A program made the translations under genes and the position numbers. 64,000 nt of DNA from an uncultured Gammaproteobacteria bacterium (lineage in GTDB: Bacteria; Pseudomonadota; Gammaproteobacteria; DRJJ01). Below, piece after piece: positions 26,436-38,660 of this stretch. The notes under the pieces are model-generated. The model did not search any database, was not told the origin of the DNA, and saw only the letters and a list, made by a program, of their open reading frames with translations. The stretch is taken from assembly GCA_947258795.1 (NCBI GenBank), contig CAMYJU010000008.1, positions 133,122 through 197,121 of the forward strand. Direction: 5' to 3'. How positions within the stretch are numbered: position 1 is the first letter of the stretch; every line of letters starts with the position of its first letter.

Positions 26436-27650
26436 TTATTCAAAGCCTTCTTCTTCAGAAGCGTCCGAACTGCTAGACGAACTGCCACCACTGAAAAAAC
26501 CTTCCTCTTTCCAGGCCGGACCATAGGCCAGACTGGCCGGCGCTGAACGGGCCTGCACTTTGTCACCCTTTCTGATCTTGCCGCGCACAGTACCGACGAC
26601 CTTCGCAATCGAATATTTCTTCTTCACGTTAGTAATCAGTACACTGCCAATTTCTTCCTCTTCACCACCGAGCGAGATACCGGTTTCCGGATCGATCAAC
26701 GCCTCGCCAGTGGCCATCAGGGATAGTGTGTCGCCGGTCTTGACTGTACCCTTGCCCAGGTTAATGTAGATCTTGCCTTTGGAGGCCTTGATCACCGTGC
26801 CGCGCACCGGTTCGGCACCAACCTGTTTGACCAGGTCGTAGACACCCTTGTTGACCGCGGCAATGACCGCCTGGCCGATCGGGGTCTTGGAATAGGAATT
26901 GACAAAGCCACCGGCCGCGCCTTTGCTGCCCCAGCCGATGCCACCGAGACCGATGCCGGATTCCTCCAGTACCGCCTCGACCTGTTTGGAATAAGCAATC
27001 TCACTGGTCTCGGCATTGATCAAGCGAAAGTTCATGCCGACCATGGACTTCTTTGAATTAACCGACAGGCCGCCGAGAAAACCACCGACCAGGCCACCGA
27101 CGCCGACATTATTGCCTTCAAAGTTCGGTTCGTAATGGGTCACCACCGCCTGGATCAGGTACTGCGCACCCAGGGTCTTGCCGGTCTTGGCGCCGGAGGG
27201 CTTGCTGATCCGGCCGCTGCTGACCAGGTCCTGCTCGGCGAAGGTCTTTTTCAGTGCGGTCCGTTCGACCACCCGGAAACGGCCGCTGCGATGCAGCACG
27301 TCGGTCAGGATCGCATCGATACCCTCGACTGGCACACCGGAGCCCCCGACCTTATAGCTGGTAGTGCCACCCCCGTACAGGTAGCCATAAGGACCATAAC
27401 CGCGACGGTTGTTATGGATTACCACGGTCTGCGCAGTAGAAGTGTTATCCACTTTCATCACGCCGACACGCGCCTTGTTGCCCTTGTATTTACCCCATTC
27501 GACCTTGATCAGGTTCTTGGCCGGTATTTCATCGACTCTTTCCGGCAGGGGCTTCTTGTTACCGTCGATGACCGCATAGGCGACATAATCGGCCTGCGCG
27601 ACTGGCAGGGTCAATAGCATGGACAGGGCCAGCAAGATAAACCGCTTCAT
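26436..27650 (-). CDS. CsgG/HfaB-family periplasmic/outer-membrane protein with C-terminal beta-rich domain
   Basis: 404 aa with a signal peptide (LLTLPVAQA). The CsgG-like core reads ILTDVLHRSGRFRVVERTALKKTFAEQDL..GAQYLIQAVVTHYEPN. A Gly-rich segment and a Ser/Glu-rich tail follow. Confidence 0.7.
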   Translation of the reverse strand: MKRFILLALSMLLTLPVAQADYVAYAVIDGNKKPLPERVDEIPAKNLIKVEWGKYKGNKARVGVMKVDNTSTAQTVVIHNNRRGYGPYGYLYGGGTTSYKVGGSGVPVEGIDAILTDVLHRSGRFRVVERTALKKTFAEQDLVSSGRISKPSGAKTGKTLGAQYLIQAVVTHYEPNFEGNNVGVGGLVGGFLGGLSVNSKKSMVGMNFRLINAETSEIAYSKQVEAVLEESGIGLGGIGWGSKGAAGGFVNSYSKTPIGQAVIAAVNKGVYDLVKQVGAEPVRGTVIKASKGKIYINLGKGTVKTGDTLSLMATGEALIDPETGISLGGEEEEIGSVLITNVKKKYSIAKVVGTVRGKIRKGDKVQARSAPASLAYGPAWKEEGFFSGGSSSSSSDASEEEGFE

Positions 27651-27750
27651 AACACAACCTCCATATTTGTAATGGCGCGTACCAGACCGTCAGTCCGGAC
27701 TGGTTTCATTTTATGGGTTTGACAAATGACTGTTTTTTATAGGGTCAATT

Positions 27751-29190
27751 CTACTTCTGCTTCAGCTTTTCGCGCAATAGGGAGTTTACCTGACCCGGAT
27801 TGGCTTTTCCCTGAGTTGCCTTCATCACCTGGCCGACGAAAAAGCCCATCAGCTTGTCCTTGCCGGCCAGCAACTGCTCGACCTGGGCCGGGTTGGCGGC
27901 AATGATATCATCGATGACCTTTTCGATCGCACCGGTGTCGGTAATCTGCTTCAGGCCCTTGCTTTCGATAATCGCATCGGCATCGCCCTCGCCGTTCCAC
28001 ATCGCCTCGAATACCGTTTTGGCGATCTTGCCGGAGATGGTTTCATCGGCGATACGCTTGACCAGGCCACCGAGCATCGCGGCACTGACCGGACTTTCGG
28101 TAATGTCGAGATTGTTCTTGTTCAACAACGCGGCCAGCTCGCCACTGACCCAGTTGGCCACCAGCTTCGGCTGATCACCGCCAGCGCTGGCTGCATCCTC
28201 GTAATAGGCCGCCAGCTCACGACTGGCGGTCAGCACACCGGCGTCATAGGCACTCAGGCCATATTCCTTCATAAAACGATGTTTCTTCTCATCGGGCAGC
28301 TCCGGCAGGGTCTTGCGCACTTCCTCCAGAAACGCTGCATCCACCTCCAGCGGCAACAGGTCCGGGTCCGGGAAGTAGCGATAGTCGTTGGCCTCTTCCT
28401 TGCTGCGCATCGAACGGGTTTCGTTCTTGGCCGAATCGTACAGTCGGGTTTCCTGCACCACCTCGCCGCCACCTTCCAGCACATCGATCTGGCGTTCGAT
28501 CTCGTACTGGATCGCCTTTTCAACGAAGCGGAACGAGTTGATGTTTTTCAGTTCGGCACGGGTACCGAATTCTTCCTGACCTTTGGGCCGTATGGATACG
28601 TTTGCGTCACAGCGGAACGAACCTTCCTGCATGTTGCCATCACAGATCTCGATATAACGCACCAGCGAATGGATTTTTTTCATATAGGCGACCGCCTCGG
28701 CCGGCGACCGCATATCCGGTTCGGATACAATCTCCAGTAATGGCGTACCGGCACGGTTCAGGTCCACACCGGTCATGTCGTGAAAGTCCTCATGCAGGGA
28801 TTTGCCGGCATCCTCCTCCAGGTGCGCGCGGGTGATACCTATGGTCTTGCTGCTGCCATCCTCGAGTTCGATCTCGATCGATCCCTGGCCCACAATCGGC
28901 AGTTCGAACTGGCTGATCTGGTAACCCTTGGGCAGATCCGGGTAGAAATAATTCTTGCGGGCAAACACCGAGCGCGGAGCGACCTGCGCACCGATCGCCA
29001 GCCCAAAGCGCGACGCCATCACCACCGCCTGCTCGTTCAATACCGGCAATACGCCCGGCAGACCCAGGTCTACCGCACAGGCCTGGGTATTCGGTTCAGC
29101 GCCATAGGCGGTTGAAGCGGCACTGAATATCTTGCTCTGGGTTGCCAGCTGGGCGTGGATCTCCAGGCCAATTACAACTTCCCATTCCAT
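27751..29190 (-). CDS. gatB: Asp-tRNA(Asn)/Glu-tRNA(Gln) amidotransferase subunit B
   Basis: 479 aa starting [15 protein letters not shown], with RCDANVS and a C-terminal YqeY-like domain. Confidence 0.95.
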   Translation of the reverse strand: MEWEVVIGLEIHAQLATQSKIFSAASTAYGAEPNTQACAVDLGLPGVLPVLNEQAVVMASRFGLAIGAQVAPRSVFARKNYFYPDLPKGYQISQFELPIVGQGSIEIELEDGSSKTIGITRAHLEEDAGKSLHEDFHDMTGVDLNRAGTPLLEIVSEPDMRSPAEAVAYMKKIHSLVRYIEICDGNMQEGSFRCDANVSIRPKGQEEFGTRAELKNINSFRFVEKAIQYEIERQIDVLEGGGEVVQETRLYDSAKNETRSMRSKEEANDYRYFPDPDLLPLEVDAAFLEEVRKTLPELPDEKKHRFMKEYGLSAYDAGVLTASRELAAYYEDAASAGGDQPKLVANWVSGELAALLNKNNLDITESPVSAAMLGGLVKRIADETISGKIAKTVFEAMWNGEGDADAIIESKGLKQITDTGAIEKVIDDIIAANPAQVEQLLAGKDKLMGFFVGQVMKATQGKANPGQVNSLLREKLKQK

Positions 29191-29242
29191 AATCCTGTTC
29201 CTGTCTTGACTATCTGCTTAGCGTTTAATGGATGCCCGGTAC

Positions 29243-30697
29243 TCAGCTGAACTGTTCCGGAATTCTTCTGTGCCAATCTGTCTGTTGCTGGTACTGGTGC
29301 GCGACATTCAGCAGGCGCGTTTCATCGAAATAGTTACCGATAATCTGCAGGCCCGCCGGCAGCTCATTGATAAAACCAGCCGGTACCGACATACCCGGCA
29401 GTCCGGCCAGGTTGACCGCTATGGTATAGATATCACTCAGGTACATGCTGACCGGGTCTTCGCTTTTCTCGCCGATGTTGAACGCAACCGAGGGTGATGT
29501 CGGCCCCATAATCACATCCACCTGCTCAAACGCCTGTTTGAAATCGTCCGAGATCAGGTGACGCAGCTGCTGGGCCTTCAGGTAATAAGCATCGTAATAA
29601 CCTGCCGACAGGGCATAGGTGCCGATCATGATGCGACGCTTGACCTCGTCACCAAAACCTTCGCCGCGCGAACGCTTGTACAGGTCTTCCAGGTCCTGCG
29701 GGTCTTCGCAGCGATAGCCGTAACGAACCCCGTCGAAACGCGACAGGTTGGACGAGCACTCGGCCGGCGCCACCACATAATAGGTCGGCACCGCCAGCGT
29801 GGTATTCGGCAACGAAATCTCGACCAGTTCGGCGCCCAGGTCACGAAACACCGCAATCGCATCATCGATGACCCTGGCCATCTCATTATCCAGACCATCG
29901 CTGAAATATTCCTTCGGCAAACCAATGCGCAGGCCTTTCAGGTCCTGCTCAAGACCAGCCATATAGTCCGGCACCGGCTGCTCGACGCAGGTCGAATCAC
30001 GCTGGTCGAAACCGGCCATCGCACCCAGTACCAGTGCGGCGTCTTCGGCGCTCTGGGTCATCGGCCCGGCTTGATCCAGGCTGGATGCAAACGCGACCAT
30101 ACCGTAACGCGAAACCCGACCATAAGTAGGCTTGATGCCGGTAATGCCACACAGGGCTGCTGGCTGCCTTATCGAGCCACCGGTATCGGTACCGGTTGCT
30201 ATCGGGGTCAGCCTGGCCGCCACCGCCACCGCCGAGCCCCCGGATGAACCACCCGGTACCGCGGCCAGATTCCATGGGTTCTTTACCGCTCCGTAGTAAC
30301 TGGTTTCGTTGGATGAACCCATCGCGAACTCATCCATATTGGTTTTACCGAGCATGACCATGCCGGCCCGGGCCAACTGTTCGCTGACATTGGACTCATA
30401 CGGGGCAATGAAGTTATCCAGCATGCGCGAACCACAGCTGGTACGCACACCCCGGGTACAGAAGATGTCCTTGTGGGCCAGCGGTATACCGGTTAACGGA
30501 CCGGCCTCGCCGGCGGCGATGCGCGCATCGGCGGCCTGAGCCTGCTGCAGGGCCAGGTCGGCCGTGGTGGTGATAAAACAGTTCAGGTCCGGGCCAAATT
30601 CATCTATGCGCTCCAGGTATCTGTGGGTCAGTTCAACACTGGTAAATTCTCCTGCCTGGAGACCTTGAGCCAGTTGCGCCAGCGATTTAGTATGCAT
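29243..30697 (-). CDS. gatA: Asp-tRNA(Asn)/Glu-tRNA(Gln) amidotransferase subunit A
   Basis: 484 aa with the amidase signature [13 protein letters not shown]...[12 protein letters not shown]. Confidence 0.95.
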   Translation of the reverse strand: MHTKSLAQLAQGLQAGEFTSVELTHRYLERIDEFGPDLNCFITTTADLALQQAQAADARIAAGEAGPLTGIPLAHKDIFCTRGVRTSCGSRMLDNFIAPYESNVSEQLARAGMVMLGKTNMDEFAMGSSNETSYYGAVKNPWNLAAVPGGSSGGSAVAVAARLTPIATGTDTGGSIRQPAALCGITGIKPTYGRVSRYGMVAFASSLDQAGPMTQSAEDAALVLGAMAGFDQRDSTCVEQPVPDYMAGLEQDLKGLRIGLPKEYFSDGLDNEMARVIDDAIAVFRDLGAELVEISLPNTTLAVPTYYVVAPAECSSNLSRFDGVRYGYRCEDPQDLEDLYKRSRGEGFGDEVKRRIMIGTYALSAGYYDAYYLKAQQLRHLISDDFKQAFEQVDVIMGPTSPSVAFNIGEKSEDPVSMYLSDIYTIAVNLAGLPGMSVPAGFINELPAGLQIIGNYFDETRLLNVAHQYQQQTDWHRRIPEQFS

Positions 30698-30755
30698 TGG
30701 GTATTATTTCCATAAATATCAATTATTTAGTTCCCGTGCCGACGATCGGCTATGA

Positions 30756-31046
30756 CTATTCAATCACCTTGGGTACGAGATACAGGCCGGCCTCTACCTG
30801 CGGGCCGTTATGCTGGAATGCGTCGCGCTGGTCGGTCTCGGTGACCACATCCGGGCGCAGGCGCTGGGCCAGTGACAGCGGGTGGGCCATCGGCTCAACA
30901 CCTTCGGTTGAAACTGCGCTCATCTGCTCAACCAGGTCCAGAATACTGGACAGATTGCGGGCATATTCGGCTACGTTGTCCTGCGAGATTTCCAGTCGGG
31001 CCAGGTGGGCAATTTTGGCCACGTCATCAGCATCGAGCGACATCAC
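30756..31046 (-). CDS. gatC: Asp-tRNA(Asn)/Glu-tRNA(Gln) amidotransferase subunit C
   Basis: 96 aa with VAKIAHLARLEISQDNVAEYARNLSSILDLVEQM typical of GatC. It lies upstream of gatA. Confidence 0.92.
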   Translation of the reverse strand: MMSLDADDVAKIAHLARLEISQDNVAEYARNLSSILDLVEQMSAVSTEGVEPMAHPLSLAQRLRPDVVTETDQRDAFQHNGPQVEAGLYLVPKVIE

Positions 31047-31161
31047 TAAACTCCTTGCCAGTGCTAGTTAACAAAGACGCTTACGTTATCACACAATGTA
31101 CCTTGCCCAAAGTCCCCCCCGTTGGTAAAGTGCTTGTTTGTGTAGATTTCCAAGGCATTAA

Positions 31162-32214
<1,053 letters not shown>

Positions 32215-32304
32215 AGACCAGTCGGATAATGACAGCACATTCAACGGATCGTATAACAGGCAAACCCTGACCGGCATTACAAGGGAGAGACTCCGATCAA
32301 GCTG

Positions 32305-33165
32305 TTGTTTACACAAGGCCCGTCGCTGACCGTCAGACTGGTAGTACTGGTACTGATCTCGATTCTGCTGATGACCCTGGATCATCGCCAACAACATCTG
32401 AGCGCGGTACGCAGCAGTCTGTCGATAGTGGTCTCGCCTATCCAGTTTCTGGTTGACCTGCCTGGCAACCTGGGCAGCTGGGTGACCGAAAACCTGTCCA
32501 CCCGTCGCACTCTGCTGGAAGACAACGCCCGGCTACGCTCACAGCACCTACTACTGGAAGCCCAGATCCAGAAAACCGCGGCACTGGAGCGCGAGAACCG
32601 CCGTCTGCGTGAGTTACTGGGATCGTCTTTCAAGGTTTCAGACCGGGTATTGATCGCCGAGCTGTATAAAGTAGATCTTGATCCGTACAAACACCTGGTA
32701 CGTGTCAACAAGGGCAGCGGTGACGAGGTCTATATCGACCAGCCGGTACTGGATTCAGCCGGTGTGATGGGACAGATTATCGAAGTAAACCCTATTTACT
32801 CCACGGCACGTCTTATCACCGATAGTAGCCAGGTCATTCCGGTACAGGTAAACAGGAACGGCTTGCGCACGATTGCGGTCGGTACCGGCTCACTGAATCA
32901 GTTATCCCTGCCCTACCTGCCCAATCATGCCGATATTCGCAAGGGGGACCTGTTAATCACTTCGGGTCTGGGCGGCATCTATCCGTTCGGTTATCCGGTA
33001 GCGGTCGTGATGGATGTGGTCGCGGACCCGGGCAGCCCTTTTGCCCATATCACCGCAGCACCCACCGCACACCTGGACAGGAGCCGCGAAGTATTACTGG
33101 TGTGGTCCGGGTACAACCTTGAACAGGATGAAATCGATACACCCGGGCCGGAGGCGCGACCCTGA
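32305..33165 (+). CDS. mreC: rod shape-determining protein MreC
   Basis: 286 aa with an N-terminal TM, a coiled coil (ENRRLRELL) and beta-barrel domains. The ORF-track start is TTG. Alignment to the MKPIFSRGPS-type N-terminus suggests the real start is 2-3 codons upstream at a non-ATG codon. Confidence 0.9.
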   Translation: MFTQGPSLTVRLVVLVLISILLMTLDHRQQHLSAVRSSLSIVVSPIQFLVDLPGNLGSWVTENLSTRRTLLEDNARLRSQHLLLEAQIQKTAALERENRRLRELLGSSFKVSDRVLIAELYKVDLDPYKHLVRVNKGSGDEVYIDQPVLDSAGVMGQIIEVNPIYSTARLITDSSQVIPVQVNRNGLRTIAVGTGSLNQLSLPYLPNHADIRKGDLLITSGLGGIYPFGYPVAVVMDVVADPGSPFAHITAAPTAHLDRSREVLLVWSGYNLEQDEIDTPGPEARP

Positions 33166-33650
33166 TGTACGGTCGTCAACAGGGCGGACTGGCCATCCTG
33201 ATCAGCATGATTTTAGCGCTGGCCCTGACCGTGATCCCGATGAGCGACGTGCTGCGCCTGATAAAACCCGAGTGGTGTGCGCTGGTGGTGATCTACTGGT
33301 GTATGGCCGTACCCGGTCGCTTCAGTGTAGGCAGCGGCTGGTTTGTCGGTCTGCTACTGGATGTACTGCAGGGCAGCCTGCTGGGTCAGCATGCGCTGGC
33401 CATGGCCCTGGTTGCCTATATCACCGTCAACCTGCACCAGCGTTTACGCGTATTCCCTGTCTGGCAACAGGGCCTGACCGTGCTGATGCTGCTATCCCTG
33501 TATCAATTATTGCTATTGTGGTTTGACGGCATCATCGGCCTGCAACCCAAGGCCTGGACATACTGGTTACCACCCATCAGTGGTATGTTGCTTTGGCCAT
33601 GGACATATCTATTACTGCGTAAATTGCGCAGATACTATAATGTCACCTGA
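33165..33650 (+). CDS. mreD: rod shape-determining protein MreD
   Basis: 161-aa polytopic membrane protein immediately after mreC (TGATG overlap). Confidence 0.88.
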   Translation: MYGRQQGGLAILISMILALALTVIPMSDVLRLIKPEWCALVVIYWCMAVPGRFSVGSGWFVGLLLDVLQGSLLGQHALAMALVAYITVNLHQRLRVFPVWQQGLTVLMLLSLYQLLLLWFDGIIGLQPKAWTYWLPPISGMLLWPWTYLLLRKLRRYYNVT

Positions 33651-33653
33651 ACC

Positions 33654-35498
33654 ATGCCGAGATATTCACGTCAGCAGCTCAAAGACCATTTTGCCGAGGC
33701 CCGCCAGTTTCTTAACCGGACCATCCTGGCCCTGATCCTGATTGCGATCTTCACCGGTACCACCATTACCCGGCTGGTGTACCTGCAGGTGATTGAAAAT
33801 CCGCACTACACGACACTGTCGGATGACAACCGGGTCAAGATCACGCCGATCACCCCGACCCGTGGCCTGATCTACGATCGCAACGGTGTCATACTCGCCG
33901 AAAACCTGCCGTCTTATCGCCTCGAGATTATCCCCGAGCAGGCCGGTAATATGGATGCGTTACTGGAACAGCTGGCGACACTGGTTGAAATCAATGACGA
34001 CCACATCAAACGATTTCAAAAGGCGCTCAAACGCAAGCGTTCATTCCAGGCCACACCACTGCGCTTTCTGCTCAGTGATGAGGAGGTGGCGCGCATCGCG
34101 GCCATCCAGCATCGTTTACCCGGTGTACGTATCACCGCCGACCTGACACGTCATTACCCGTTGGGCAGCCCGCTGGCGCATGTGGTCGGCTACATGAGCC
34201 GTATCGATGAGCGCGACCTGAAACGTGTCGACAATACCAACTATTCGGCCTCGACCCATATCGGCAAGACCGGTATAGAAAAACATTACGAGGATGTTCT
34301 GCATGGGCAGGTTGGCCTGCAACAGGTGGAGACCAATGCCCAGGGACGTGTGATGCGCATCCTGAACAAGACGCCACCGGTGCCCGGCAAGAACCTGCAT
34401 CTGACCCTGGACACCAACCTGCAAAAACTGGCCGAAGAGCTGTTTAATAGTGAACGCGGCTCGCTGGTCGCCATTGATCCGAACAATGGCGAAATACTGG
34501 CCATGGTCAGCACGCCCGGTTTCGACCCGAACGCGTTTGTAAACGGTATCAGTCATGTCGATTACAACAAACTGCGTGAAGACCCGGCCCAGCCCTTGTA
34601 TAATCGTACCCTGCTGGGACGCTATCCTCCTGGCTCCATCATCAAACCGTTTATCGGACTGGTGGGTCTGCAGTCCAGGGTCACCAATGAACATCATGAG
34701 CTGTTCTGCCCGGGTTATTATCTGCTCGAGGGTGAAGAGCGCAAATTCCGTGACTGGAAAAAAACCGGCCACGGCATTGTTGACCTGGACCAGGCCATCG
34801 CACAGTCCTGCGACGTGTATTTTTACGACCTGGCACTGAACCTGGGCATAGACCGTATTGCACCATTTCTGTTCAACTTCGGCTTTGGTCAGTTAACAGG
34901 CATCGACATGCCGGTGGAAAACGCCGGCTTGCTGCCATCACGTGAATGGAAACGGGCCACCAGAGGCCAGGCATGGTATCCGGGGGAGACGCTCAATACC
35001 GGTATCGGCCAGGGATTTCTGCTGTCGACACCGTTGCAACTGGCTTCGGCAACCGCAACCCTGGCCATGCGTGGCAAGCGCGTACAGCCCCACCTGCTCC
35101 GCCATATAGAGCAGGAACCCGTATCACCCGAATCATCCTACCTGCTGCCGGGCGTCAGTGACGTGTCCAGGCATCACTGGGACTACATTATCAAATCCAT
35201 GGAACACGTAGTCAGTCATCACCAGGGCACCGCCAAGTATATCCATACAGACCAGTACGATATCGCCGGCAAGACCGGCACTGCACAGGTGTTCGGTATC
35301 AAGCAGGAAGAAAAATACGAGGCCGAAAAAATCGTCAAGCGGTTGCATGACCATGCCCTGTTTATCGGTTTTGCACCTGTCAGAAAGCCGCGTATCGCCG
35401 TCGCAGTCATCGTCGAAAACGGCGGTAGTGGCGGCCGTGTTGCCTCGCCGATTGTAGGCCAGTTGATCAAACGTTATATGCAGGACAGCAGTTCATGA
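33654..35498 (+). CDS. mrdA: penicillin-binding protein 2 (peptidoglycan D,D-transpeptidase)
   Basis: 614 aa with transpeptidase motifs SIIKP (SxxK), SCD (SxN-like) and KTGTA. Confidence 0.95.
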   Translation: MPRYSRQQLKDHFAEARQFLNRTILALILIAIFTGTTITRLVYLQVIENPHYTTLSDDNRVKITPITPTRGLIYDRNGVILAENLPSYRLEIIPEQAGNMDALLEQLATLVEINDDHIKRFQKALKRKRSFQATPLRFLLSDEEVARIAAIQHRLPGVRITADLTRHYPLGSPLAHVVGYMSRIDERDLKRVDNTNYSASTHIGKTGIEKHYEDVLHGQVGLQQVETNAQGRVMRILNKTPPVPGKNLHLTLDTNLQKLAEELFNSERGSLVAIDPNNGEILAMVSTPGFDPNAFVNGISHVDYNKLREDPAQPLYNRTLLGRYPPGSIIKPFIGLVGLQSRVTNEHHELFCPGYYLLEGEERKFRDWKKTGHGIVDLDQAIAQSCDVYFYDLALNLGIDRIAPFLFNFGFGQLTGIDMPVENAGLLPSREWKRATRGQAWYPGETLNTGIGQGFLLSTPLQLASATATLAMRGKRVQPHLLRHIEQEPVSPESSYLLPGVSDVSRHHWDYIIKSMEHVVSHHQGTAKYIHTDQYDIAGKTGTAQVFGIKQEEKYEAEKIVKRLHDHALFIGFAPVRKPRIAVAVIVENGGSGGRVASPIVGQLIKRYMQDSSS

Positions 35499-36637
35499 AA
35501 GTACGCCTGGATGAAAAAAGCGGTCACTATGGCAGCGGCATGCCAGCACTGGACCGCCTGCTGTGGCGTATACATATGGACCTGCCACTCATGCTGGCAT
35601 TAGTACTACTCAGTGCTGTCGGCCTGTTCATTCTGTACAGTGCCAGCGGCGAAAATATACAAACCCTGTATCGTCAGGCCACGCGTATCGGGCTGGGCCT
35701 GACTGCCATGTTTTTCATGGCGCAGATTTCACCTCAAAGCTGGAAAAGATGGACACCGCGCGTGTACATCACCGGCATTATCCTGCTGGTTGCGGTAATT
35801 ATCTTTGGCGACACCAGCAAGGGCGCACAGCGCTGGCTGGACCTGGGCCTGATCAAGTTCCAGCCATCGGAACTGATGAAACTGGCCCTGCCTATGATGG
35901 TCGCATGGTTTCTGTCGGAGAAACCCCTGCCGCCCCGAATGCGCAACCTGCTGGTATGTACCGTCATCATCATCGTGCCGGTGGTGATGGTCGCGAAACA
36001 ACCGGATCTGGGCACCTCGTTACTGATCGCCGCAGCGGGCCTGTTCACGCTGTATCTGGCCGGCCTGAACCTGCGTTTGCTAATGGCAAGCCTGGTCGGA
36101 GCGGGCGTGATGGCTTACCCGGTCTGGGAATATGTATTGCGCGACTACCAGAAACAGCGGATCATGACCTTCCTGAACCCTGAAAACGATCCGCTGGGTA
36201 GCGGCTACCATATCATCCAGTCCAAGATCGCAGTCGGCTCCGGCGGGGTGTATGGCAAAGGCTGGCTGAACGGCACCCAGTCACAACTCGATTTTCTGCC
36301 CGAGCGCAATACAGATTTTATCTTTGCGGTGTTTACCGAGGAATTCGGGTTTATCGGTGCAATCCTTTTATTTACCTTGTACCTGTTCGTCATCCTGCGC
36401 GGACTGTATATCGCCGTGCAGGCACAGGACACGTACTCGCGACTGCTTGCGGGCAGCCTGAGCCTGACCTTCTTCGTCTATGTATTTGTCAATACCGGCA
36501 TGGTGATCGGCTTGCTGCCGGTTGTGGGTGTCCCCTTGCCGTTAGTCAGCTATGGCGGCACCTCTATCGTTACCCTGATGGCCAGTTTCGGTCTGCTGAT
36601 GTCGATCCATACGCACAGGAAGCTGCTTTCGCCCTGA
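35495..36637 (+). CDS. rodA: peptidoglycan glycosyltransferase RodA (SEDS family)
   Basis: 380-aa polytopic protein with SEDS motifs (QPSELMKLALP, TDFIFAV, PLPLVSYGGTS). Its start overlaps the mrdA stop. Confidence 0.95.
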   Translation: MKVRLDEKSGHYGSGMPALDRLLWRIHMDLPLMLALVLLSAVGLFILYSASGENIQTLYRQATRIGLGLTAMFFMAQISPQSWKRWTPRVYITGIILLVAVIIFGDTSKGAQRWLDLGLIKFQPSELMKLALPMMVAWFLSEKPLPPRMRNLLVCTVIIIVPVVMVAKQPDLGTSLLIAAAGLFTLYLAGLNLRLLMASLVGAGVMAYPVWEYVLRDYQKQRIMTFLNPENDPLGSGYHIIQSKIAVGSGGVYGKGWLNGTQSQLDFLPERNTDFIFAVFTEEFGFIGAILLFTLYLFVILRGLYIAVQAQDTYSRLLAGSLSLTFFVYVFVNTGMVIGLLPVVGVPLPLVSYGGTSIVTLMASFGLLMSIHTHRKLLSP

Positions 36638-36747
36638 TCTGCCTGTGCATGGACTGGCGCCAAACCGGAATTATGACTCATTAACTGAAATATTTAGTTT
36701 GACCTGACCGTTACATGGAATAAAATCGATACAGGAAACAACGGATT

Positions 36748-37773
36748 ATGAAATCGAATATGATAAAAGCCTCGACACTTTACCTCCGGCTCCTGATGCT
36801 GCTGGCGATCCTGAATAGCGGATTGCTGATAAGCACCACCGCCCATGCCAACAACAGCTATCTGCAACGTGATGATGTACAAGATTTTATAGGGGATCTG
36901 GTCAAAAAAGACGGCTTTGACCGGGCGCAACTGGAGCAGTTGTTCCGCTCGGTCAAACCGCGTCCGAATATTATCGAGGCTATCAGTCACCCGGCGGAGG
37001 CCAAGCCATGGCATCAGTACCGGCGGATATTCATCCAGGAGTCCCGCATCAGAGGCGGGATTAAATTCTGGAACAAATATGCCAGCACGCTTGAACGTGC
37101 CGAGTCAGAATATGGTGTCCCGGCCGAGATCATCGTCGCGATCATCGGTGTCGAAACCCGTTACGGACGAAACACCGGCCGTCACCGGGTGATGGAATCA
37201 CTAGTCACACTGGGATTTGATTATCCCAAGCGCGGGAAATTTTTCCGCAGCGAATTACGCCATTTCCTGATACTGACCCGGGACGAAGACATCGACCCTC
37301 TGAGCCTGAAGGGATCGTATGCGGGCGCGATGGGTATACCACAGTTTATCTCCAGCAGTTACCGTCGCTACGCCGTTGACTTCGACGGCGATGGCAAGCG
37401 TGACCTGCATAACAACATCAGTGATGTGATTGGCAGCGTCGCCAACTATTTCCACCTGCATGGCTGGAAGGCCGGGGATGCTATCGTCTCGCGTGCCAGT
37501 ATTGCGTCCGATGCACGCGTGGCAGACTTCCCGAAAGGCATGAAACCGTCGCTATCCCTGGAGAAACTGAAGGATCTGGGTATCAGCAATACCAACGCGG
37601 TCAAAGGCAATCCCAAAGCCGCGCTGATCAGCCTGGAACAAACCGATGACATGGAGTACTGGCTGGGTTTCAACAACTTTTATGTAATCACCCGCTACAA
37701 TCATAGCCCGCTATACGCAATGGCTGCCTATCAACTGGCGGAACTGATCCGCAGCCGCCGGCAGGACAGTTGA
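36748..37773 (+). CDS. mltB: lytic murein transglycosylase B
   Basis: 341 aa with a signal peptide, GVETRYG (catalytic Glu) and GAMGIPQFISSSY motifs. Confidence 0.88.
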   Translation: MKSNMIKASTLYLRLLMLLAILNSGLLISTTAHANNSYLQRDDVQDFIGDLVKKDGFDRAQLEQLFRSVKPRPNIIEAISHPAEAKPWHQYRRIFIQESRIRGGIKFWNKYASTLERAESEYGVPAEIIVAIIGVETRYGRNTGRHRVMESLVTLGFDYPKRGKFFRSELRHFLILTRDEDIDPLSLKGSYAGAMGIPQFISSSYRRYAVDFDGDGKRDLHNNISDVIGSVANYFHLHGWKAGDAIVSRASIASDARVADFPKGMKPSLSLEKLKDLGISNTNAVKGNPKAALISLEQTDDMEYWLGFNNFYVITRYNHSPLYAMAAYQLAELIRSRRQDS

Positions 37774-37785
37774 GCATCGAATAGC

Positions 37786-38610
37786 ATGACAACCCTGGCA
37801 CGCCATATTCTGATTCTTTCCGCAGCCGGTCTACTGGGCGCCTGCAGTAGCGGCACCATCCGGGACAGCGGTCCGGAACAGGATATCGATGTCAGCCATA
37901 TCCCGGATGCCCAGCCCCGACCGACCACCCCCAGCCGCTATGGCAACCCGGACTCCTATGTCGTCTATGGCGTGCGCTACCACGTCATGGACAGCAGCAG
38001 GAACTACCGTCAGCGCGGGGTTGCCTCATGGTATGGCAACAAGTTCCACGGTCGCCGCACCTCAAGTGGCGAGCCGTATGACATGTATGCGATGACAGCT
38101 GCGCACAAATCACTGCCTCTACCCACTTATGTTCAGGTCACCAACCTTGATAACGGACGCCAGGTGATCGTCAAGGTCAACGACCGCGGCCCGTTTATCA
38201 AAAACCGGCTGATCGATCTGTCATATGTAGCGGCGAAGAAACTCGGCATCAGCGCAACCGGCACCGGGCTGGTGGAAGTACGTGCCATAGACCCTGATCA
38301 CAAACCGGCGCCAAAACCTGCCACGACAGGCAACAGTACCGTTACCGCGGCCCTGCCTGGCAGCATGAGCATGTACCTCCAGGTCGGCGCCTTCGCCAAC
38401 CGTGTTAATGCCGAACAATTACAAATCAGTTTGCAGGAACTACTCTCGGCCAGGGTCAGCATAGAACGCCTGGTTCGTGACCAATTGCCGCTATTCAGGG
38501 TGCGCGTCGGCCCCGTTGCCAGTGTCTCGGAACTGGATCGCATGACCGAATTACTGGGGCAACGAGGCATAGACAGTTCGAGTATCGTTATCGATCAGAA
38601 ACGACCCTGA
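37786..38610 (+). CDS. rlpA: septal ring lytic transglycosylase RlpA (DPBB domain + C-terminal SPOR domain)
   Basis: 274 aa with the lipobox LLGAC, the DPBB motif ASWYGNKFHGRRTSSGEPYD...VTNLDNGRQVIVKVNDRGPF, and a SPOR-like YLQVGAF...FRVRVGP. Confidence 0.9.
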   Translation: MTTLARHILILSAAGLLGACSSGTIRDSGPEQDIDVSHIPDAQPRPTTPSRYGNPDSYVVYGVRYHVMDSSRNYRQRGVASWYGNKFHGRRTSSGEPYDMYAMTAAHKSLPLPTYVQVTNLDNGRQVIVKVNDRGPFIKNRLIDLSYVAAKKLGISATGTGLVEVRAIDPDHKPAPKPATTGNSTVTAALPGSMSMYLQVGAFANRVNAEQLQISLQELLSARVSIERLVRDQLPLFRVRVGPVASVSELDRMTELLGQRGIDSSSIVIDQKRP

Positions 38611-38660
38611 CCTGCTGACAACCATACACAAGCGACGCCATTAGTGAGAAGGAGCATCCT

